NCBI GenBank assembly: GCA_039028615.1 | Contig: JBCCHT010000006.1 | Coordinates: 32,001 to 96,000, forward strand | From: Myxococcota bacterium | Lineage (GTDB): Bacteria; Myxococcota_A; Polyangia; Nannocystales; Nannocystaceae | Direction of reading: 5' to 3' | Length of the DNA stretch: 64,000 bases | In this document: one piece after another, positions 57,746 to 64,000 of the stretch | Layout: each line of letters begins with the position of its first letter | Position numbering within the stretch: the stretch's first letter is position 1 | Notes under the pieces: generated by a model | The model's input: the letters and a program-made list of their open reading frames with translations, nothing else | The model's database searches: none | What the model was told of the DNA's origin: nothing | Translations under genes and position numbers: made by a program

Positions 57746-58471
57746 ATGGGCCGCACCTTCGAGAACCGAAAGCACGCCATGGCCAAGCGGTCGGACCGCG
57801 ACGCCAAGGCGTTCAGCCGAGCCGGCAAGCAGATCAACATGGCGGTGAAGGCCGGGGGTGGGGATCCCGATGGCAACCCCGCGTTGCGCCGCGCCGTTCA
57901 GAACGCGCGCTCGGTCAACATGCCGAAGGACAAGATCCAGGCGGCGATCGACAAGGCGCTGGGGGTCGGCGACACGGCCGAGTATCAAGAGGTGGTCTAC
58001 GAGGGCTATGGCCCGCACGGCAGCGCGCTGATGGTGGAGACCGCCACCGACAACCCCACCCGCACCGTGGCCAACGTTCGCTTCGCGTTCAAGAAGGGCA
58101 ACGGCAACCTGGGCAACGCGGGCAGCGTGGCGTTCATGTTCGACAAGCTGGGCGAGTTCCGCCTCGGCCCCGATGGCCTCGACCGCGAAGAGCTCGAGCT
58201 GGAGCTCATCGACCACGGCCTCGAGGACATGACCGATGGCCAGGACGACGACGGCAAGCCGCAGGTCATCCTGCGATGCGCTCGCGAGTCCTTCGGTGAG
58301 CTCCAGGCGGGCCTCGAGGGCAAGGGCCTGGCCGTGGTGTCGTCGGGCTTCGTATGGATCCCGAAGAACACCGTCGAGCTGAGCGACGAGCAGGTCGACG
58401 AGGTCCTCGCGCTCATCGAGCGGCTCGAGGAAGACGACGACGTCCAGCAGGTCTTCCACAACCTCGAGTAG
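57746..58471 (+). CDS. yebC: YebC/PmpR family protein
   Basis: GGGDPDGNPALR, NMPKDKI, YEGYGPHG, TDNPTRT, LEEDDDVQQVFHN. Confidence 0.95.
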   Translation: MGRTFENRKHAMAKRSDRDAKAFSRAGKQINMAVKAGGGDPDGNPALRRAVQNARSVNMPKDKIQAAIDKALGVGDTAEYQEVVYEGYGPHGSALMVETATDNPTRTVANVRFAFKKGNGNLGNAGSVAFMFDKLGEFRLGPDGLDREELELELIDHGLEDMTDGQDDDGKPQVILRCARESFGELQAGLEGKGLAVVSSGFVWIPKNTVELSDEQVDEVLALIERLEEDDDVQQVFHNLE

Positions 58472-58483
58472 CGCGTCGTCGAG

Positions 58484-58834
58484 CTACGCCAGGCGGAGCC
58501 GACGGCTTCGCTGCCACAAGAAGGTCGCGAACACGAACGCGAAGGGGGTGGTCATGGTCAGCACCAGGTACGCCCCCCAGCGCATGCGTAGGCGCAAGGC
58601 CTCGACGAAGAGCCACACGATGGCCGCGGCCGCGATGATGAACAGGTCGGCCGAAGTCCCCGCCAGCGCGTCGGTCTGGAACATCAGGCCGAGCTCGCCG
58701 AACGCGGCCGCCCCGGAGTCACCGACGGCGGGGATGAAGTGCACCAGCGGCCACACCAGGCCGACCACGGCCAGACCGAGGTAGAGCAACTCGAGCGGGG
58801 TGACGAGAGCCTTGCGATCGCCGTGGGTGTCCAT
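58484..58834 (-). CDS. DUF2834-like membrane protein
   Basis: YLGLAVVGLVWP, ADLFI, EALRLRMR, FATFLWQR; start 58834 or 58870. Confidence 0.7.
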   Translation of the reverse strand: MDTHGDRKALVTPLELLYLGLAVVGLVWPLVHFIPAVGDSGAAAFGELGLMFQTDALAGTSADLFIIAAAAIVWLFVEALRLRMRWGAYLVLTMTTPFAFVFATFLWQRSRRLRLA

Positions 58835-58905
58835 GCATTGGGTGTGCGCCGCCGGCTGGGGCCGCGCCATTCCCTAGGAGGGAAGCATGGTCGTTCCTCG
58901 TCGAT

Positions 58906-59829
58906 TCAGGCCCCTGGGAGCGCACACACGCCCTGGTCTTCGGGCCCCTCGCCGGGCCGAAACCACGGGATGCAATCGAGCGACGGATCGAGGGCATCAC
59001 ACACGGCCTGCCCTTCGGGGGTCGTCGGGTCGCAGTCGGGAGAGCAGCAGCCCGCCGCTTCGCAGCCGGGATAGGCACCGCCCGAGATGCACGACAGCCC
59101 CGGCGGGCAGACGGCAATGTCCTCGCACGAGTCGCCGGGACCGATGCCACCGCCGGGATCGGGCGCGCACACGTGCTCCTCGCCCACGGGGAAGCACCCC
59201 TCCCCTTCGTCGCACTGCGGGTCGAGCGGATCGCAGGACTGAAGGCACAGGTGTAACGCGCCGTCGTTCGTGATGACGCAGGCCGTGCCGTCGTCGCACT
59301 GCGGGTCCTTGGGCGTGCCGGTACACAGCGCCACGCACTCGCCCTCGTTCGTGCGCGGGTCGACGCCCCAGCACATCGAGCCGCCGTCGCAATCGTCGAA
59401 GCCCGCGGTGCCGCCCATGGGGGCCGTGCACGCCTCGCCCACCGACTGCGGATCGCGGTCGATCTCGACGCAGCGCACCGCATTCCACACGGGGCCGCCG
59501 TCGTCGGCATGCGGCACGCACTTTTGCCCCGGGCAGCAGTCCTGCAGCCACGATTCGCACTCGAGCGCGGGCTCTCGATCGTCGCCGCATGCGTCCGCGC
59601 CCGAGCTCGAGTCTCCGGTGGCCGCCGCCGTGGTGTCGGTGCCGAGCGACGGCCCGGAGTCGTCCACCATCGTCGTCATCGGCCGCGGCGTCTCGCCCGA
59701 CGCCGTACCCGAAGCATCGGTCTGTACGCCCGTGCTCGTGTCGTCGCCGGTCGCCCCCGGTGTAGGACCACACGCGACCATCACGAGCAGCAACGACGAC
59801 GAAACTCTCCACGTGAGCACTGCCGGCAT
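58906..59829 (-). CDS. Cys-rich myxobacterial lipoprotein (paralog of 1-412)
   Basis: VMVAC lipobox; ECESWLQDCCPGQKCVPHADDGGPVWNAVRC, DDCDGGSMCW, CDPLDPQCDEGEGC. Confidence 0.82.
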   Translation of the reverse strand: MPAVLTWRVSSSLLLVMVACGPTPGATGDDTSTGVQTDASGTASGETPRPMTTMVDDSGPSLGTDTTAAATGDSSSGADACGDDREPALECESWLQDCCPGQKCVPHADDGGPVWNAVRCVEIDRDPQSVGEACTAPMGGTAGFDDCDGGSMCWGVDPRTNEGECVALCTGTPKDPQCDDGTACVITNDGALHLCLQSCDPLDPQCDEGEGCFPVGEEHVCAPDPGGGIGPGDSCEDIAVCPPGLSCISGGAYPGCEAAGCCSPDCDPTTPEGQAVCDALDPSLDCIPWFRPGEGPEDQGVCALPGA

Positions 59830-60063
59830 GTCCTTCAGGTGTTCAATCGTACGAGCGTCGCTCCCCCCGCGCACCGCCATGTCCGTGGTCGATGGAGCGA
59901 CTTTATTTTCACAACGAAATCAAACGTTTGAACCGAGGAGATCCTGTTTCGAGCCGGGCCGACGCGGGTGGCGAAACTCGCCGATGCGATGCCCGCGACC
60001 GTGCGACTTCGACCCTCGGTCGCAGCGAGTGAAGCCTTCACCGGACATGGTACCTTCCGAAGC

Positions 60064-61986
60064 GTGAGCGAGGAGGCCGCGCGCCCCATAGGCCCAGCGC
60101 TACCGCGCTGTAGCCACTGCGGCGACGACCACCCGCCCCATCTGCTCAAGTGCCCCAAGACGGACATGCCCTTGTCCCTCGAGGGCCGGGTGTTGCACGC
60201 GAAGTTCCGCTTCATCCGCCAGATAGGCAAGGGCGGCATGGCGTCGGTCTGGGCGGCCATGAACACGCTCGTCGAGCGCCCCGTCGCCATCAAGCTAATT
60301 CGAGCCGAGGCCGGATCCGACGAGGACACGGTCGCTCGCTTCCGCGCCGAAGCCAAGGCCGCCGGTCGGATCGGACACCCGAACGTCTGCGAGATCCTCG
60401 ACTACGGGGTCGGCCCGCGTGGTCCCTATATCGTGATGGAGCGACTACGAGGCCAGAGCCTCGGCGAGCTCATCCACTACGAGACCCGGCTCGATCCGGC
60501 GATCGCGGTGGCCTTGGTGCGCCAGGCCTTGCTCGGGCTCGAAGCGGCCCACACCCGCAACATCATCCATCGCGATCTGAAGCCGGAGAACATCTTCGTT
60601 CACCAGCCCGAGACCGGACCCCCGGTCGTCAAGCTGATGGACTTCGGGGTGTCCAAGCTCCTCGACGGCAGCTCGAGCGTGCGAACCCAGCACGGTGCCC
60701 TGCTCGGGACCCCCGAGTACATGTCGCCCGAGCAGTTCAAGGGCGCGGCCACGGCCGACGTACGCACGGACATCTGGGCCATGGGCGCCATCTTGTACAA
60801 GGCGCTGACCGGCAAGACCGCCTTCGCGGGGCCCAGCGTGGCGGCCACCTTGCTGATGGTCACCACCGATCCTCCCGAGCCCATTCCCGACCTCGTGCGC
60901 GGGGTGCCCAAGGAGCTGGTGGAGATCGTCGAGCGCTGCCTCAACAAGGACCCGACCGAGCGCTTCGAAAGCGCGGCCGAGCTGTGCGACGCGCTGATGC
61001 CCTTCGACATCGACACGCTCGCGGGGCTCGTGGTGTGGGACCCCGAAGACGAGGAGCCCGAGATCTCGTCGCCCACGCTCGTCGCCGACGAGATCAGCAG
61101 CGTCTCCAAGCGGTCCCATTCGCGGCCCCTGCCCGCCGCCCAGCGCGACACCGAACAAGCCACCACGCAGCAGCGTCGCACCAGCCCTCGCGGCTGGGCA
61201 CGACCGGAGTTCCGGGCCTGGGGGGTAATCATCGTGGTGACGCTGGCCGTGGTGTCGGTGCTGTACATGCTGGCCAGCGATCCCGAGCACGAGCGACGAC
61301 ACGACGCGGTCGCGGCCGACGACAGCGACCCGCCCGACTCGGAGCCGCGCTCGGCCGCGAGCCACGTACCCACCGCCGAAGAAACGGTGGACGCCGCGAC
61401 GGCTGCTCCTTCCGATCCACCACCGTCGGACGAAGCCACCGCGACCCCGACCGAAGACCTTGCGACCGGAGCGACGGGGGCAGCCGAGCCCACGGACGCA
61501 CCACCCGAGGCTCCCGATCCGACCGCGGCCGACCCCGAGCTCGTCGAGCCTGCCCCGGCCGAGCCCGAGCCTGAACCCGCTGCACCCGATCCCGCTGCAC
61601 CCGATCCCGCCGCGACCAAGGCCGCGCCCGCCAAGACGGAGCCCAAGCCCGCCGAGCCCGGCCTGCCCCCGACCACGCCGCCCGGCACTATTCGCGTCGG
61701 CCCCTATCTCACCCTCAAGAAGCCCGGGCCCAGCGGAGACCACGGCGAGGCGCGGGCGTACTGCCGCAACCTCGGCACCCACGCGTTCGTCGGCGTCACC
61801 GAGTGGAAGCTCGCCAATCCCACCGTGGCCAAGAAGGTGGCGGGCGTGGTGAAGAAGGGCCGCTACTGGACCTCGGCGTTGTGGCAAGGCAAGGCCAAGA
61901 CCATGGCCGCGCCGTCCAAGGCGATGAAGTCCCGCGACGCCAAGCGCTCGGGTCCGCGGGCGCTGTGCGTGGCCCGTTGGCCCTGA
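60064..61986 (+). CDS. Ser/Thr protein kinase with N-terminal Zn-ribbon, TM and Pro-rich extracytoplasmic region
   Basis: CSHC..H...CPKT; IGKGGMASV, VAIK, HRDLKPEN, DFGVSK, GTPEYMSPE; start uncertain (59968 or 60064). Confidence 0.93.
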   Translation: MSEEAARPIGPALPRCSHCGDDHPPHLLKCPKTDMPLSLEGRVLHAKFRFIRQIGKGGMASVWAAMNTLVERPVAIKLIRAEAGSDEDTVARFRAEAKAAGRIGHPNVCEILDYGVGPRGPYIVMERLRGQSLGELIHYETRLDPAIAVALVRQALLGLEAAHTRNIIHRDLKPENIFVHQPETGPPVVKLMDFGVSKLLDGSSSVRTQHGALLGTPEYMSPEQFKGAATADVRTDIWAMGAILYKALTGKTAFAGPSVAATLLMVTTDPPEPIPDLVRGVPKELVEIVERCLNKDPTERFESAAELCDALMPFDIDTLAGLVVWDPEDEEPEISSPTLVADEISSVSKRSHSRPLPAAQRDTEQATTQQRRTSPRGWARPEFRAWGVIIVVTLAVVSVLYMLASDPEHERRHDAVAADDSDPPDSEPRSAASHVPTAEETVDAATAAPSDPPPSDEATATPTEDLATGATGAAEPTDAPPEAPDPTAADPELVEPAPAEPEPEPAAPDPAAPDPAATKAAPAKTEPKPAEPGLPPTTPPGTIRVGPYLTLKKPGPSGDHGEARAYCRNLGTHAFVGVTEWKLANPTVAKKVAGVVKKGRYWTSALWQGKAKTMAAPSKAMKSRDAKRSGPRALCVARWP

Positions 61987-62016
61987 CCGGGCTGAACTCG
62001 GCGCGAGCGACGACAC

Positions 62017-62070
62017 AAAAAGTGCGATGGTAAGTCCCGACCAAGCCCCAAGCCGGGACTCACCATCGCA
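62017..62070 (-). terminator. Intrinsic terminator oriented on the minus strand
   Basis: Arms at 62023-62039 and 62054-62070 pair fully on the minus strand (one G-U) and are followed by C-UUUUU. Confidence 0.6.
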
Positions 62071-62359
62071 TCACTCGGTCACTCACTCGTAGGTCGGTCG
62101 GAGCTGCGCATGAGCCCGCTCGGGCCGGCGCAGTCGATCGGTGCAGGTGCGACCACCACCGCCGTGCCACGCCCAGACGCGATCTCGCCAGGGAACCCGG
62201 AAACCGGACCAACCCCGGTGAGACAGCGGGCGTCGCTCGATGGTGCGTTTGTTGGTCACGAGCAGAGCATGGAGCCTGACCGCCGCGCCCGCCCCTTAAT
62301 CCCGCTTAAAGGGCCGAATCCGAGCTGGAGACCGAGGCTCCGCCCTATATCTTGGAGCC

Positions 62360-63355
62360 ATGCTCGCCCGACGATGTTCCTGGGTCCTGTTGTGCTCCGC
62401 CCTCGCGCTGCCCGCCTGTCAAAGCGACGACGACACCGACGACGAACAGGGGCCCAACAATCCCTCACCGAGTTCATGGCTGGTGGGCGACCAGGGCGAG
62501 ATGCTCCGCCTGACCTCCGACGAGGGCGAGGTGAGCACCTACCCCCTCGAGATCGCCACCGACCTCACCGGGATCGCGTGCATGGGTCAGGCCACCGCTT
62601 GGGTGGCAGGTGAACGCGGCACGGTGCTGGTCAGTCACGACGCGGGCGAAGCCTGGACCACCATCGACATCGGCACCACGGCGGACCTGCGCTCGATCGC
62701 GGTGAGCGAGAGCCTGCCCGGCCAGGAGACGGTGTGGGTCACTGGGGACGACGGGGCTGCCCTACGCACCACCGACGGCGGCCGCACGTGGAATCGCGTG
62801 CCCGGCCCTGCCCTCGACTTCAGCGCGGTCGCGACCCAGGAGACCGGCGACATCGCGTTCTTCACCGCGCTCGATGGCAGCGTGTGGCGAAGTGCCCACG
62901 GGGATCCCATGACCGAGGCATTGAGCCCCGGAGATCATGCGCTGTACGACGTCGCGCTCAGCCACCACGGCGACACGGTCGTGGTGGTGGGGGAAGCAGG
63001 CCACATCTGGCTGAGCCACGACGGTGGCGCTCGGTTCGCGGCGCTCGAAGCTGCGACCGCGCTCGACCTGCATGCGGTGCACCTGGCCCAGGATCGCGAG
63101 ACCCTCGTGGCGGTGGGCGAAGCCGGAGTCGTCGTGCGCATCGACCCCAGCGGGGCCCGCGTTCAACAGACCCTCGGACCAGGCCAAGCGCTGTACGACC
63201 TGCATCTGCGTGCCGATGGCTTGGGTCAGGCGGTAGGCATGGGCGGGGTCGTGCTGCTCACCGAGGATGCCGGTCAACAGTGGCGACCCGTCGAGACCGG
63301 CTATTCGAACGACTTGTGGGGAGTGGACGACTTCCACACGACACCACACTTGTGA
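62360..63355 (+). CDS. YCF48/BNR-repeat beta-propeller lipoprotein
   Basis: LPAC lipobox; repeated SxDxGxxW Asp-boxes (SHDAGEAW, TTDGGRTW, TEDAGQQW); ggag RBS. Confidence 0.88.
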   Translation: MLARRCSWVLLCSALALPACQSDDDTDDEQGPNNPSPSSWLVGDQGEMLRLTSDEGEVSTYPLEIATDLTGIACMGQATAWVAGERGTVLVSHDAGEAWTTIDIGTTADLRSIAVSESLPGQETVWVTGDDGAALRTTDGGRTWNRVPGPALDFSAVATQETGDIAFFTALDGSVWRSAHGDPMTEALSPGDHALYDVALSHHGDTVVVVGEAGHIWLSHDGGARFAALEAATALDLHAVHLAQDRETLVAVGEAGVVVRIDPSGARVQQTLGPGQALYDLHLRADGLGQAVGMGGVVLLTEDAGQQWRPVETGYSNDLWGVDDFHTTPHL

Positions 63356-63562
63356 GGACTTTCCCGACTCTAACGACTACACCTCCGTAGAGTCGGCACA
63401 CTGGCACACATGTCGAAGATCGCCTCACCTCGAGCGGCGATCATGGGAGTGCCCCTCAATCGGACGCCATGAGGCCCTAAACGTCTGTAGACGCGCGTAT
63501 TGCCGTGTGCGAAAACGAAATGGGACGAACTAACACTTGGCTCGATTGGGGGGAAACGGACA

Positions 63563-64000
63563 ATGAGCCTTACCCGTACGACGAAGATAGCGACGATATC
63601 CGCAATGCTCGCACTCGGCCTCTCGGCCTGCCCCGGTGATGATTCGGGCGGGGCTGGAGCCGACGATGGCATCGGCCCATTGCCGCCGGGCGGTAGCTCG
63701 GGTGGCACCGGCAACAACGTGACCACGGGCCTGCCTCCGGCGGAGACCGGAGTCATGACCGGCGGGCTCGATAGTGGCAGCGGCGAAGACGACGACAACG
63801 GCGACAACAGCGTCGACACCAAGTTCGACATTCCGCCCTTCCCGGATCTGAGCGGCCCCGAGAACACCTGTGACACGGATCCGAACGCAGACGAAGACAA
63901 CGACGGATTCTCGGTCAACGAAGGCGATTGCAACGACTGCGACGCCAACGTCAACCCGGGCGCCATCGAGGTCGAGGTCACCGAGCCCGACGAGATGGGC
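63563..64000 (+). CDS. Lipoprotein with putative metal-binding (MopE-like) repeat, partial
   Basis: Read by hand: MSLTRTTKIATISAMLALGLSAC...DEDNDGFSVNEGDCNDCDANVNPGAIEV; runs off the right edge. Confidence 0.8.
   Translation, partial: MSLTRTTKIATISAMLALGLSACPGDDSGGAGADDGIGPLPPGGSSGGTGNNVTTGLPPAETGVMTGGLDSGSGEDDDNGDNSVDTKFDIPPFPDLSGPENTCDTDPNADEDNDGFSVNEGDCNDCDANVNPGAIEVEVTEPDEMG

Noticed and set aside
63364..63420. Sigma-54 site (ctggcac) or riboswitch upstream of the last gene
   Set aside because: No GC at the -12 position; only a 9-bp hairpin (63364-63396) is present, which is not enough to call an RNA element.

Overview
High-GC (roughly 70% by eye), gene-dense bacterial chromosome segment. 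The Cys-rich lipoproteins, Ser/Thr kinases, barrel-ECF-anti-sigma cassette and MYXO-CTERM-like tail point to a myxobacterium, probably Nannocystaceae-like (inference). I call about 52 real CDS; most other ORFs in the track are GC-rich shadow frames. I saw no rRNA, tRNA, CRISPR array, integrase or transposase. Main points of interest: (1) a radical SAM/SPASM enzyme resembling PlpX-type tyramine-excising spliceases, directly downstream of a Zn-ribbon, lipobox-bearing protein with two KYGG motifs (38013-39848); (2) a three-gene operon with no signal peptides, encoding a hemopexin-repeat protein, a large protein with beta-rich repeats and a circularly permuted OmpA-like protein (8185-14266); (3) a six-gene coupled sugar/amide tailoring operon with two asparagine-synthetase homologues and a circularly permuted ROK kinase (583-7060); (4) a PLA2-motif lipoprotein operon (51276-54493); (5) a minus-strand terminator with no gene to terminate, suggesting an sRNA near 62017-62350. 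All family assignments come from motif recognition by eye; no database searches were run.
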